Under the pieces are notes generated by a model. That model was given only the letters and a program-made list of their open reading frames with translations. It made no database searches and was not told the origin of the DNA. The position numbers and the translations under genes are program-made. This document shows, one piece after another, positions 20,289 through 31,746 of a DNA stretch of 64,000 bases. Source of the stretch: Histomonas meleagridis 2922-C6/04-290x (taxonomy: Eukaryota > Protista > Parabasalia); NCBI GenBank assembly GCA_020184695.1, contig JAANOX010000244.1, positions 94,792 to 158,791 on the forward strand, in the 5' to 3' direction. Positions within the stretch are counted from its first letter, which is position 1, and every line of letters begins with the position of its first letter.

Positions 20289-21229
20289 AATTTTTTACTA
20301 AGATTTTAAAAAAAAGTGAGAAAAAAATGAAAAAAATTGAATGAAAAAAAATTATGCTTTTAATTTTATGAATTACCATTTATAAAATATAATTTACATC
20401 AAAAATAATAAAGATTGGTCACCAAAAATATATATTTGGAAAAAATCGATTTCGAAATTTCGATTTTGATCCGGATATTTTTTTCCCAATTTGAAAGCAG
20501 ATTTTTATTCACGTGTTGATAGGGATCTAATAAAAATCAAAAAATTCACCAGGATATGTTTATTTCCTCAGTTTGATGAACTCTTTTTTTAAAATTAAGA
20601 AGATGTTCAAGCAATATCTATGATGATGATATATTACCTATATTTTATGGTGAAAAAATTATTTTAAATTCATGTTTAACAAGATGATATTCTTCATTGG
20701 TAAGGCCATTACATATTTCATTTAATGTTTGTTCTCTAAGTTTTCATTTAAAGCTAAACATAATGCATTAATATTCTTATGCTATAAAGAAGAACCCTTT
20801 TAAAAATTGTGTATGTGTCTGTATACAGACAGTTTATGACATCACGAAAATGGATTTGAAATTATGGTCACACATTAGTTTATTATTTTGTTATGCTATT
20901 TTTGAAATGGTAATCATTTCTGGAAATAACACAAATTACCCAATAAATGTATGGGATTAAAAAGCCTGTTTTTATTCTTCATGAAGAATAAAGAAAATTT
21001 ATCTTTGAAAGTTCAATTCATTCATCCTTGAAATCACAATATAATTACATTATCAAGTATTTTTAATTTTTGAAAAATGTTGTATTTACATAAACATTCA
21101 ACAGAAAAAATGTAAATTTGCTATGCTCAAATGGTTGTGATTTATATATAAAATTAATAAATTAAGTGATAATGAAAAATACGCATCACACATCAAATTA
21201 ACACTTTTGAAATTTTCTATTTCAAGGCA

Positions 21230-21560
21230 CATTAAAACACAACATTGAAGAAATTTAAAAGAAATGTTGCAATTTGAAGGATAACAATTAGAAATGATGA
21301 TGTTCAATAACTTCAGAAAATTCTATATAACTAAAGCAATTTTAATGATTTCTTTTTTTATTTATAACACGAAAATTATATCTGAATAAATACTGCTAAA
21401 AAAAAGAAAAGTTTCATGAATGGATTATGCATTTCTTGGATCAATACACTGTTTTAAATATTTATATATGAATAATGCAAAAGTAAATAGTAAGTTAAAT
21501 TTGCTGTTGAAATTAGATATGGAGAAAATATGCATCATGTGAATGTGAATAAGAAATTTC
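21230..21560 (+). pseudogene. Heavily decayed remnant of a DUF3447-type ankyrin gene
   Basis: Manual translation gives TIRNDDVQ*LQKIL (about 21283) and MDYAFLGSIHCFKYLYMNNAK (21420-21482), matching KILRNDNVEKLQEL and YSAFYGSIKCFKFLLLNEAK in the paralog at 57187-58644. Boundaries approximate. Confidence 0.55.
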
Positions 21561-22628
21561 GCAGAAATGATCTCTTTATAAATCTTGAAAAGCTAGAAAG
21601 CTTAGGAGAAAATAAAAATAATAAATAAGAATTTAAAATGTTTCAATAATAATCATTCTCAATCAACTGACGAAAATAAGCATACAAAAAAGTGATTTTT
21701 CCGAGTTTTCTTGAACACATGTTTGAAGAGTTAATAGCAGAAAATTTATTGTCAAATTATTCGTAAAAAATTTTAAAAATATTGAAATAATAACAAATTT
21801 ATGTGTGGAAAAATAAAAAGAAAAGAGTTGAAGAAAACGTTCAGAGAAAAAGTTGGAAGCTTCACAAGGTGCTTATTCATTCTTGGAAGGGATTGTGTGA
21901 ATTCTATATTTTACAAAAGTCGATGAACCATTGTCTTCATATGGACGGTTTTTATAGGCTCGACATGATCGTTTCATTGTTTCTTTTTCTTTCAATTTGT
22001 ATTTAAATTTGAAACCACATTCATTCCAAATTTCTGACAATTGATGTTACATTGAGGAACACAACGACTGTCATAATAAAACCAATGGAATTCACTTTAA
22101 TTGCTCAAAAGAATTCTCTTGATGAATATATTCATCAAAAGAAAGTACATTTACTCCTTTAAAATCAAAATCAAAGTTTTTTGCTTACATTTTGTATTTT
22201 AGTTTTTTTATCTGTGTATTTGTTTTAAAAAAATTTGTTTGCCAAATTCTTGGGGAGAACATTCAAATAGAAAATTCTGGCATTTTGAAATAACAATTTC
22301 CGTTCAAAATCGTTTGCCCATAATTTTTTGTATGAAAAACCGCGCAAAAAAACGGTTGTCAGGTCAAACGTTAATTCAATTCTGCGTTCGAAGCATAAAC
22401 AAAAAATCGAGAAAAAGAAATTTCAACATCACACCCATTAAAAGAGATCGCACAAACCAAAGATATAATGAAAATATGATAAAATATGTCAAAATCATAA
22501 AAAATGGATGGAATCATAAAAAACTATGAAGCAAATTTGCCATATGAACTGATAAACCTCCAAAAATTCAAATGATAAAAATGGTTTCAATACAAATTCA
22601 AAAAGCGGGAAGGTAGCTCGACCAGAAA

Positions 22629-23693
22629 ATGAATGCAAAAAAAGAAAAGATCAAACCAATTCACATTCCAGAATTTCACAACTACACATTTGTCAAAGAA
22701 CTTCCGACAGGTACATTAAGTTCAACTTCTTTATTAATCCATAAACAAAATCATCTTAATTATATTTGCAAATCTTTTCCAAAAAACGTTATAGCATCAC
22801 CTGAACAAATAAACTTGCTTATGGAAAGATCAAATCATCTCAAATCACTTAATTTCGTATGTCCTTATGTAGACATATATCAAACAGAAGATTCTGTTTA
22901 TTTAATAAGGCCATATCTAGATGTTCTTAATCTATCAGATTTTCTTTTGCTTCACCGTTTGGATCAAAATAGTATTTATGAACTTTGGCGATCAATTGTA
23001 AAGCGATATTATTTGATTCATAAGGCAAATGTTTTTCCAAACTCAATCAAACCTTCCAATATCTTTATAACTCGCGACAAGCAAATCATCCTTACTGATT
23101 TTTACATTTTTTCACCTGGAATAAATTTCGTATTCCAAACACCTAATCCACTTGACATACAATGGTTCCCTCCGGAATATTTTACAGGCACAGCAAAGGT
23201 CAATGCATCTTCTGATATATGGTCTCTTGCTGCTCTATTCATTACAATGAACGGAATACCCCTTCCATGGGTCTCCAAAAACATTTTTACAATGATAGAA
23301 GGGAAAATTAATCCACGTCTTGACTGTCTCACGTCTTTTCATTTCAACATATCAAAAATAATTATTTCATCACTTCAATGTGACCAGTCCAAACGGCCTT
23401 CTCTCAAGCAGATCCTACTCGAACCAAAGCTTAAACATAAAACCAACAAATTTGGTGGGTTTAATAGTTATCACAAATTGTCTTCAACAGCAGTCACTTC
23501 CTCTCAACGAAAAGTAATGACTCTGAACCCAAACACAAACTCTAAAATGTGTTTCAGATACAGGAAACTTGGCGGTATTGAGCTCGACAAGCTCCTTCTC
23601 AGAAACAGCCAAACAGTCAGAGCGCCCTTCTACCTCAAACAGACTTTTTCAGAACCATATTTGCAAAACCCGAAAAGCTCTGAAAGCCAGTGA
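22629..23693 (+). CDS. Divergent protein kinase-fold protein, probable pseudokinase
   Basis: Subdomain remnants IKPSNIFI, LTDFY, WFPPEY, DIWSLA, RPS; HRD and DFG are not conserved. Confidence 0.75.
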   Translation: MNAKKEKIKPIHIPEFHNYTFVKELPTGTLSSTSLLIHKQNHLNYICKSFPKNVIASPEQINLLMERSNHLKSLNFVCPYVDIYQTEDSVYLIRPYLDVLNLSDFLLLHRLDQNSIYELWRSIVKRYYLIHKANVFPNSIKPSNIFITRDKQIILTDFYIFSPGINFVFQTPNPLDIQWFPPEYFTGTAKVNASSDIWSLAALFITMNGIPLPWVSKNIFTMIEGKINPRLDCLTSFHFNISKIIISSLQCDQSKRPSLKQILLEPKLKHKTNKFGGFNSYHKLSSTAVTSSQRKVMTLNPNTNSKMCFRYRKLGGIELDKLLLRNSQTVRAPFYLKQTFSEPYLQNPKSSESQ

Positions 23694-24169
23694 AATTATT
23701 GCAATAATTTTTATTTTTACTATGTTTCATTAAAAATTTTTTCAAAACTATTTATTTTATTCGCTTATTGGAAAAATTGATTCAATTGTCTAAACTCAAA
23801 ATAAATTTGTTGGACAACATCAGTTATTTTCATCATTTTATTGTGGGATTTATTCAAAAGAGTGTATTTTACTTATTATGACTTAGAACTTTTCTTTATG
23901 ACTTATTTAGGCTTAGTTTTATAATCAATGATAATAAAATGCCTTTACATTTTGAATCAAAAATATTAAATTTATAAATAAGTTTATATTTGATTATAAA
24001 AAATTTGTAGTTATTTTAATATCATGTCAATATGATCTATATAAGTGTCAGCAAGCCATTGATGGAAATGTATTTTGAAGAGCTTTTGTAAATCTTTTTT
24101 CCATTGAAAAACATGTAATATTTTGAAAAGTATTCAAAAAGTTTTTACTTAACGGTTGTTTTATAGGGG

Positions 24170-25033
24170 ATGACAACAGCTGACACCATCAATGACGTTA
24201 TAACAGGCGTTATCATGTTCGTATTTGTTGTTGTTGATATCTTATTTCTTGTGTTCGTTTTAAAGTATCGAAATCTCGAATTCAACAAATTTTGGATTAC
24301 CAGAACAGCTCTTATCATAGTTTCATTACTTTATACACTTATTTCCGGACTTTCAAACTTTCGTTGGCTTCCACAGCAATTTTCTACAAACAAATCCAAA
24401 TCTTTTGCATGTTCATTTCCAAATTATTTTGGTAATTGTATAATCATTCCTTTATTTTTTGAGATAATCCTTGGCATTATCACGATGGCAACTAATATTA
24501 TTATCCGAGAGAGGCATCATAACAATCGAACATTAATTCTTCGCTCATTTCTTTGGGTATTACTTCCTTTCATTCTAGGTATTGTCAACCTTTACATTTC
24601 ATATGATTACTCAGATATGGTATTTTTCAAATCATATGATCCAGATCACAATTATTGTGTTCAATCCAACTATTATGCAGCTGTTGTTCTAGTATCTGTT
24701 ATATCTTGTTTAATCAGGTATATCCAAATCAAAAGGAATCTCAACAGAAATGTAATCAATACAAATTATCAAAAGAAAATATCCAAATATCTTATTCTAC
24801 TCATACCGGTATTAATCATAATTATATTGTCAGTATTTCTTTCCTTCCTTTACCACATTTTGCAGATTGTCGTGAAGTTCGTGAATTTGGTCGGGTTGTC
24901 AATCATGTTGACGGTTTTCATACATTTCTATGTTTTACAACCTGTAAAGGAAACAATTCAAGCATCAAAACTTGATGAAAGTTTATTCGAGAGTAGCTCG
25001 TCTGAAACTATAGATGAAGCTTTGTCACCATAA
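24170..25033 (+). CDS. Seven-transmembrane hypothetical membrane protein (287 aa)
   Basis: Seven hydrophobic stretches counted by eye; Cys at the start of TM3 (FACSF) and in the TM4-TM5 loop (NYCV). Confidence 0.65.
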   Translation: MTTADTINDVITGVIMFVFVVVDILFLVFVLKYRNLEFNKFWITRTALIIVSLLYTLISGLSNFRWLPQQFSTNKSKSFACSFPNYFGNCIIIPLFFEIILGIITMATNIIIRERHHNNRTLILRSFLWVLLPFILGIVNLYISYDYSDMVFFKSYDPDHNYCVQSNYYAAVVLVSVISCLIRYIQIKRNLNRNVINTNYQKKISKYLILLIPVLIIIILSVFLSFLYHILQIVVKFVNLVGLSIMLTVFIHFYVLQPVKETIQASKLDESLFESSSSETIDEALSP

Positions 25034-25673
25034 GTTCTTTCTTTGTTATATATGAATAAAATATATATTTTGTGAGATAAACGGATTTTCGAAATTCAAA
25101 CTTTTCAAAATTATACAAAGGTCAAAAATAATTGTAATGATTTGTGGTATGGAGAAAAGCAATTGCTAAGTGCAGCTTCTCGAAAGTAATTATCAATATG
25201 AGTTATAATTTTCTGTGATTTTTGTTATCGGTGTTTTTTAAATAGAAGAGACAGAAGATATACTTCGAAAACAATCAATTCTTGGTCACATTTGAATTCT
25301 TCATTTATTAGAATTAGATCATGATGAAATAATAAGCCACATTTTCTTATTCATTCTAAAATATTTAATAGTTTGTATCACATCACGTTAATCTATGTCG
25401 ATTTAAGGAAGGCAGATCGAATATTCGATGAATTACTCTCACAGAGAAATCATCGATAATTGAATTGAGTAATTGTAATGTGTCGTTTTTTGTGAAGCTT
25501 CTGACATCTATGAGTATTGAAAATTCTGAATGTTCAAATATCGTAATTTTACTTTTTGAATCAAAATTTCATAAATTAAATAGTTTATAAACTGTTTCTG
25601 TGTAATAAATCGCTCAAATAACACAAATTTTCAATTTACAACGAAATGTTTGTTCACTTCACTTGTATTTTCG

Positions 25674-26585
25674 ATGGAAAAACAATTTGAAGAGAAGCCA
25701 ATTAAGGAACAAAAAGTCGAAGAAGAAGCTGAAAAGAAGACTGAGAAAGAGAATGAAGAGACAGTCGAAAGCTCAGAAGACGATGATGAAATCCTTGATA
25801 TCCTTCAAAACATGAGAAGTTACATCGATCAGATCATCCAAAAGAGATCAAGCCGCAAGTCAAAACAGTTGCCAGTCAAGAAGCAAAAGGAAGAATCCAG
25901 TGAAGATGAAGAAGAAGAAGAAGAATTAGAAGAAGAAAGACCATGTCCATTCAAGAGAGGACGCTGCCATCGCAGGCGTTTCGAAAGAGAATCTTCATCA
26001 TCAAGTGATAATGAAAGGCCCTGTCCATTCAGGAGGAAGCATTTCCGTGAATCCGAATCCTCATCTGAAGAGTCCAGTGAAAGTGAACACAAGAAGCCAT
26101 GTCGCAAACACCTCCGTAACAAGATGATGATGGGCCGTCGCTGCTGCAAACGTATGGAAATGATGCGTAAGTGCTGCATGAAAGATCATCCCTGCTTCAT
26201 GAAATGTCGAATGCCACCACCTCATTCTTGGTGGATGAAGAAGCGGTTCTTTAGGAGATTTGGTATGATGCCACCACCTCCACCATGGTTCATGCGCAAG
26301 CATGGAATGCCACCACCACCACCATGGCATATGAGGAGACATCATGGAATGCCGCCACCACCACCATGGCACATGAGGAGACATCATGGAATGCCTCCTC
26401 CACCACCACCACGAAGAATGAGAGGACACTGTTGCAGGAAAGAAATGAGACACATAAAATTCGGCAAGCGCGTTTTCGATCAACCACCTCCTCCACCACC
26501 TTTCGGTGGATATCAGCCGAATTATTACATGCAGCCAGGCTATGGAATGCAGCAGCCACCATACTGGCAACCACCAATGTGGTAA
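25674..26585 (+). CDS. Low-complexity protein: acidic N-terminus, R/C/K-rich middle, HGMPPPPPW repeats
   Basis: First ATG in the ORF is at 25674, preceded by TCACT initiator-like motifs; GC-rich coding-like composition; ends TAAA. Confidence 0.75.
   Translation: MEKQFEEKPIKEQKVEEEAEKKTEKENEETVESSEDDDEILDILQNMRSYIDQIIQKRSSRKSKQLPVKKQKEESSEDEEEEEELEEERPCPFKRGRCHRRRFERESSSSSDNERPCPFRRKHFRESESSSEESSESEHKKPCRKHLRNKMMMGRRCCKRMEMMRKCCMKDHPCFMKCRMPPPHSWWMKKRFFRRFGMMPPPPPWFMRKHGMPPPPPWHMRRHHGMPPPPPWHMRRHHGMPPPPPPRRMRGHCCRKEMRHIKFGKRVFDQPPPPPPFGGYQPNYYMQPGYGMQQPPYWQPPMW
26301..26425 (+). repeat. 42-bp coding tandem repeat, about 3 copies (HGMPPPPPWHMRRH)
   Basis: catggaatgcc unit starts at 26301, 26343 and 26385. 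Confidence 0.85.
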
Positions 26586-26814
26586 AGTGAAATTGGGGAG
26601 CACTAACGTCAAGTAAAAAGACCCCTGAAAAATTGATTTTTTTTTCTCTATAATGTGACTTTAGAAGTTTGAGTTCAGCTTATATTTTCAGATCAATTCA
26701 TTATAAACGTTTAAAGAGCATTTGTGAAAATTAAAAGTTAACGCTTGCTAATAAAAATACAAAAAGATAATAAATGAAAAAGAATTATATGTTTAATTAA
26801 AATCGCTAAAAAAT

Positions 26815-27201
26815 TTATTCAGCATTGAACTTGGCAACTGCTTTACCACCTTCTGAAACTGCATGTTTGGCAAGATCTCCTGGAAGAACAAGTCGAACTG
26901 CTGTTTGTATTTCACGAGATCCAAGTGTATTACGATCATTCATATCAACAAGGCGTGCACCTTCACGTGCAATACGTTCGAATATATCTGTTACAAAGTT
27001 GTTCATAACTAACATAGCTTTGTTGGAAATACCAATATCTGGATGAACTTGTTTGAGTACTTTGAAAATGTAAGATGAGAATGATTCATTCCTCTTCTTA
27101 TGGCGTTGCTTCTTCTCCTTTTCGGTTTCAGCTGGGGCTTCTCCTTCAACTGCTGGCTTCTTTTCGGTTGGAGTCTTTGATGCTGGTTTCTTGGTTGACA
27201 T
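26815..27201 (-). CDS. H2B: Histone H2B
   Basis: [25 protein letters not shown]...[23 protein letters not shown]. Confidence 0.99.
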   Translation of the reverse strand: MSTKKPASKTPTEKKPAVEGEAPAETEKEKKQRHKKRNESFSSYIFKVLKQVHPDIGISNKAMLVMNNFVTDIFERIAREGARLVDMNDRNTLGSREIQTAVRLVLPGDLAKHAVSEGGKAVAKFNAE

Positions 27202-27506
27202 TTCTAAAAATGGTAATTAAGAAAAAACCCTCCAAAAGAAGGAAATATTTAAAATGTCATTTTGAACCCGAATTATTTTAATTAAAAAATTCAAATCATA
27301 AATCATGACAATTTAGTTCCAATGTTTTTGAATGGACTTTTTTGAATTAATTCTACATAATTATAAGTACCGTTTTGCACCCATGTTTTTTTAGCGATTA
27401 ATTTTCTAGGAATCCCGCAATATATATGTGTCGTTTTGGGCCAGCACAATTTATAAGAGTGAATTGCGGGGATTTTTTTGAATGAGGACAAAAAACAATT
27501 TTTTTC
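27202..27506. promoter_or_regulatory. Putative bidirectional promoter of the divergent H2B/H2A pair
   Basis: 305-bp head-to-head spacer between the two histone ATGs; function inferred from position only. Confidence 0.55.
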
Positions 27507-27908
27507 ATGCCAGCTAAGAAAGGTGTTAAGAAAACAGCTACAAAAACAGCAGTTGATGGAGAACGTGCTCATCCAAAGACAAGATCAAGTCGTGCAGGAC
27601 TTCAATTCCCAGTAGGTCGTCTTCATCGTTTCCTTCGTGAAGGTCGTTATGGTGACCGTGTTGGTGCAGGTGCTCCAGTATTCATGGCAGCAGTTCTTGA
27701 ATATCTTACAGTCGAAGTTCTTGAACTTGCCGGAAATGCAGCTCGTGATAACAAGAAGACAAGAATTTCACCACGTCACATAATGCTTGCTATTCGTAAT
27801 GATGAAGAATTGAATCAACTTCTTTCTAATATTACAATTGCATCTGCAGGTGTTATTCCACATATTCACAAGGTTCTTCTCGGACAAACCAAGAAGAAGG
27901 AAGAGTAA
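27507..27908 (+). CDS. H2A: Histone H2A
   Basis: [11 protein letters not shown]...[39 protein letters not shown]. Confidence 0.99.
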   Translation: MPAKKGVKKTATKTAVDGERAHPKTRSSRAGLQFPVGRLHRFLREGRYGDRVGAGAPVFMAAVLEYLTVEVLELAGNAARDNKKTRISPRHIMLAIRNDEELNQLLSNITIASAGVIPHIHKVLLGQTKKKEE

Positions 27909-28242
27909 TTATTATTTGTAAACTCTACTTTCAAGGAATTTGGTTTTATTGAAATAATAGAAAAAAATAATTTTGATCAAAAACATTTTAAAGTTTTCGT
28001 CACCTTAAAAAATTTCTGGATTTATAACTGCATTGCTGAGTAAGCAAATTGTCAATGATTATTTTCTTAACATGGTATCTTATTTCATAATAATGAAAAA
28101 AATTTATAAACTGCTTGCTGTTAAAATTACTACTCAGGAGCAAATTTGTAAGATGTTACACTCAATGTACATGAATATTTAATAATAATATGAATATATG
28201 TATTTTATCATAATTTCGTCAACTTAAACCAAAAGTGAAACT

Positions 28243-29703
28243 ATGTATTTACTGACTAAAGTCATTTGGTTAACAATATTAGATAAACATATTTCCTCAA
28301 AAACAGCTCAATACATCCCAACATCAAAAGGTTATGTGACCGCTTTACATAGCAAAATATTGGTCAACGGACCGAACCAGAAAATGAAAAATGGAGCCAA
28401 AAATCTTGATTATGGTCCATCCGTTAATGATTTTTCAGATGTAGATCCGCAAGTTGACCCACGACATTCATATCAATTCGAAGATCCAATTTCTCAAGTT
28501 ATAAATTCAATGAATATCCCATTTCTTTCATATGCTGCTGGGTATTCATCAACGCCACCTGATTCTGTTCATGGTAAAAATGTTGAAATGTGGACTCTTA
28601 ATCAAATCTATCAACTTCGATCAGATCTGATTACTTTAAGTATTTTAATGGACAAAGAAAACGACAGTATTCGTGAACAAATTCGTCTAGGTTTTGAATC
28701 AATTTCAACGTCACTTGAAGAAAGTGAAAGTCAAGAAAGTTTTCGAATTGATCCCATCTCATATCATACCCGTCAATCACCAGATCCTCGATATACATCT
28801 ATATCTCGACCCGCCACTCCACTTACACGCTCTACCAGTTCCATTATGAAAAATCATTCTGAGTTAACCAAATACAAACCCAATTCCACTCGACGTAGTA
28901 CCAATCAACAGAACAAATCCATGTCTCGTGACACCATCTGGTGTAATGTTGACATGTTTCTTCATCCCATTGATAAACTTGGTCCAATTGAACATTATTT
29001 AGAAGAATCCAAATCCATATCAGACAAACAATGGCTAACGGAACCACTTGGCCAGCATTATTCCTATACAATTACACGGCATCCAGGTTACACAAGTGAT
29101 CCATCCAAAGAAAAACTGATTGTTCCATCTCCGCCAAGTTCTACTTCCTGTAAATCGGAAGTTTCCACATATCTTCATAGTCGTCTAATATCAGCAGTAG
29201 TACCACTTTTAAGGAGCACTGATAATGACGCCGATGAAGAAGAAGAAGAAAACAGCGAAATTGTTCATCTTGAAGAGCAAACACCGAACACAAGTTCATT
29301 GATAAAAGAAATACAATATGCGGAAACTAAAATAACGCAACCTGCGGAAACAGATTTTTGTTCTTATGGACAGTTAAGCGTGAATGAGAAGTTAGTAATG
29401 GAATTGAAATATGTCGGAATAGAGTTGGGCGATGGGTTTGAGCCTTCTGATGATAGTCCTTTGCTGAAAGAAATGGCGAACTTGTTTAGCCAAGAAGAGG
29501 CAATACTTAAGGAGACAAATAAATGGAAGAAATTGGTTAAGGATTACTTGGTAAAGAAAAAAGATATTATCGAAGAAAGAAATAGGAAAAATAAGGAATG
29601 GAATGCACATATTAACCATTTGCACCAGGAAGAAAAGGCAAAAAATCAGATAGAACATAAGAAACTGAGAAGCGCTAGAGCATTCTCGTCGGATTCAGAT
29701 TAA
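28243..29703 (+). CDS. Ada3/NGG1-like SAGA subunit (tentative)
   Basis: PLGQHY, SRLISAVV, LSVNEKLVMELKYVGI and DDSPLLKEM followed by a coiled coil resemble the Ada3 C-terminal domain; start codon uncertain. Confidence 0.5.
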   Translation: MYLLTKVIWLTILDKHISSKTAQYIPTSKGYVTALHSKILVNGPNQKMKNGAKNLDYGPSVNDFSDVDPQVDPRHSYQFEDPISQVINSMNIPFLSYAAGYSSTPPDSVHGKNVEMWTLNQIYQLRSDLITLSILMDKENDSIREQIRLGFESISTSLEESESQESFRIDPISYHTRQSPDPRYTSISRPATPLTRSTSSIMKNHSELTKYKPNSTRRSTNQQNKSMSRDTIWCNVDMFLHPIDKLGPIEHYLEESKSISDKQWLTEPLGQHYSYTITRHPGYTSDPSKEKLIVPSPPSSTSCKSEVSTYLHSRLISAVVPLLRSTDNDADEEEEENSEIVHLEEQTPNTSSLIKEIQYAETKITQPAETDFCSYGQLSVNEKLVMELKYVGIELGDGFEPSDDSPLLKEMANLFSQEEAILKETNKWKKLVKDYLVKKKDIIEERNRKNKEWNAHINHLHQEEKAKNQIEHKKLRSARAFSSDSD

Positions 29704-30251
29704 TGCGTTTGTTGTTATTTAATAAAATATAAATATCGTTTTATGATTTTTTTCTATAATTATTGTTATGAAATTCGTAGTAAAGTAAGCACAGATAAAT
29801 TATCTGTGTAATTTTAATGTTTAATATAACTTTTAGATGTAAATTAATATTAAAATATATTTTAATTTAAAAAAATACCTTAGATAAGGAAAAGTATATA
29901 GATACACAAGATAATTTATGGGAAAATTGAATTAGAAAGAGTGCTATTCCGTTTGTGTATTCTACATTCATATAACAAAGATGTGTTTATGGCTTTGAGC
30001 TTATTTTCAGAATTTATTTTCACATACTGTTGTTCTATTGTGGAAAAAATTTAATGTATTTTAGCTCATAAATAATATAATGATAAAAAATTATAAAAAA
30101 TATATATTAAAGAGATAATACAAATGAAAGTTACCATAAAAAACAAAGAAAATAAAAATGATTTTGATTTTGAAAAATATTAATGATTAATCATTAAAGT
30201 TATCACGAAATTTAAAATTAAAAAACGAATTATCAGAGTTAATTCGATTGT

Positions 30252-30794
30252 TTAGTTAGCCATTTCTTTATCCATGAACTTACGTGGAGCGAAGCAGATC
30301 CACCATTTATCGGCTGTTCCATCCTTGAAAACAATATCAAGGAGACGGTTTGCAGTCTCGTTACGAACAACCTTGAAGAAAGCAAGAAGGTCTGCTTTTT
30401 CGGCATTGCTCTTTGGAGCTGTAACGAGAGATGCTAAGATGAAACCACCTTCACCAGGAATTGGGAAAGCGTTCATGCTCCAAGATTGAATTTCCTTTTG
30501 ACACTTAGCCTTATCCTTTGGGTTCTTTGCGAAGAATTTAAGGCATTTCATAGCGAAGAAAGTAATGTAAATAAGAAGACGATCTGCGTCATTCTTAATC
30601 TTGAAATCACGCATGAAAATGTTTGTACGGAAATGATAAAGAGCCTCATCTACAATATCGAAAGCAGGTGTAGTTTGTCTTTTTGAAGTATCACGGATTG
30701 GAAGAATTGGAATACCAGCAATAACAGGAGCACCAGTATTGACGAAAACGGAGTTCTTGGAGTCGGCAGCTGGTTCAGTTGGGAGTTTAGACAT
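30252..30794 (-). CDS. ARPC3: Arp2/3 complex 21-kDa subunit
   Basis: DIVDEALYHFRTNIFMRDFKIKNDADRLLIY...FPIPGEGGF...KWWICFAPRKFMDK; ATG at 30794. Confidence 0.95.
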   Translation of the reverse strand: MSKLPTEPAADSKNSVFVNTGAPVIAGIPILPIRDTSKRQTTPAFDIVDEALYHFRTNIFMRDFKIKNDADRLLIYITFFAMKCLKFFAKNPKDKAKCQKEIQSWSMNAFPIPGEGGFILASLVTAPKSNAEKADLLAFFKVVRNETANRLLDIVFKDGTADKWWICFAPRKFMDKEMAN

Positions 30795-30945
30795 AAGTGG
30801 CACTTTTCACTTATTGAATGAATTCAATGTCAAATCGCAGCCAATTGTCCCTAAAACCGATGACACTTTTACAGACGACACTTTTAACCGTTGAATAAAG
30901 AATTTAAAAGAGAAAATTTTTATGATTTCGATAATTAATTATCAT

Positions 30946-31530
30946 TCAACACTTGTTTTTCTTTTTGCTTGTGGCTTTTAAATCAATGTGCCTGGTGTTG
31001 CTTGGTTGTGTTTGACTTGCTGATTCAGCGATTAATTGCTTGGCAATCACTTTGAAGGCTTCTTCAATATTATAGGCCGTTTTGGCTGACGTCTCAATAA
31101 ATTCCATCTTGAGGTTTTTGGCAAGTTCTCTGCCTTCGTCTGGAAAAACTTGTCGTTTTTCTTCCATATCACATTTATTCCCAACAAGAATTAAAGGGGC
31201 GTTCGGAACAAACTGACGAACTTCTTCTACCCAATCTGATATTTTCTTGAATGACTCATGGTCTGTAATATCATAAACAATAATTAAACCAGATGAATTT
31301 CTGTAATATGATGTTGTAATATTCTTAAATGATTCTTGGCCAGCGCTATCCCAAATTTGTAACTTGACTTTTTTGCCATCAACGGAAATTTCTTTAACTT
31401 TAAAATCAACACCTATTGTTGATAAAAAATTTTCTTCAAATGAATTATCGGCAAACTGAAGAAGCATGCATGTCTTTCCCACGCCGGATTCACCGACAAT
31501 TAGAAGCTTATATGTTGGTTCTTGGGACAT
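30946..31530 (-). CDS. Rab family small GTPase (Rab1/Rab8-like)
   Basis: GESGVGKT, TIGVDF, WDSAGQE, NKCD, ETSAK; basic C-terminus ending in Cys. Confidence 0.95.
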   Translation of the reverse strand: MSQEPTYKLLIVGESGVGKTCMLLQFADNSFEENFLSTIGVDFKVKEISVDGKKVKLQIWDSAGQESFKNITTSYYRNSSGLIIVYDITDHESFKKISDWVEEVRQFVPNAPLILVGNKCDMEEKRQVFPDEGRELAKNLKMEFIETSAKTAYNIEEAFKVIAKQLIAESASQTQPSNTRHIDLKATSKKKNKC

Positions 31531-31746
31531 CTTTAAATATTATTTAAATTTTCGAAAGATTACAAAAAATTGACTTTCAAAAACGAACAACCACTTTTTC
31601 ACAAGAAACTATGGGCTTTTGAATCAAAACCAACAATTTCTGAAAACGATGATTGTTTTGGAGAAAAAAGTCAGGTTATAGCTATAACGGCGCCAATAAT
31701 TATTTGAAAGTTTTTTTGTTTACGTTTAAAAAAAATCACCATCGAG

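Noticed and set aside
25829-26612. Several overlapping ORFs in other frames and strands (e.g. 26061-26612 minus, 26285-26590 plus, 41452-42150 plus)
   Set aside because: Shadow ORFs caused by GC-rich, repetitive coding sequence of the main genes; no protein-like motifs.
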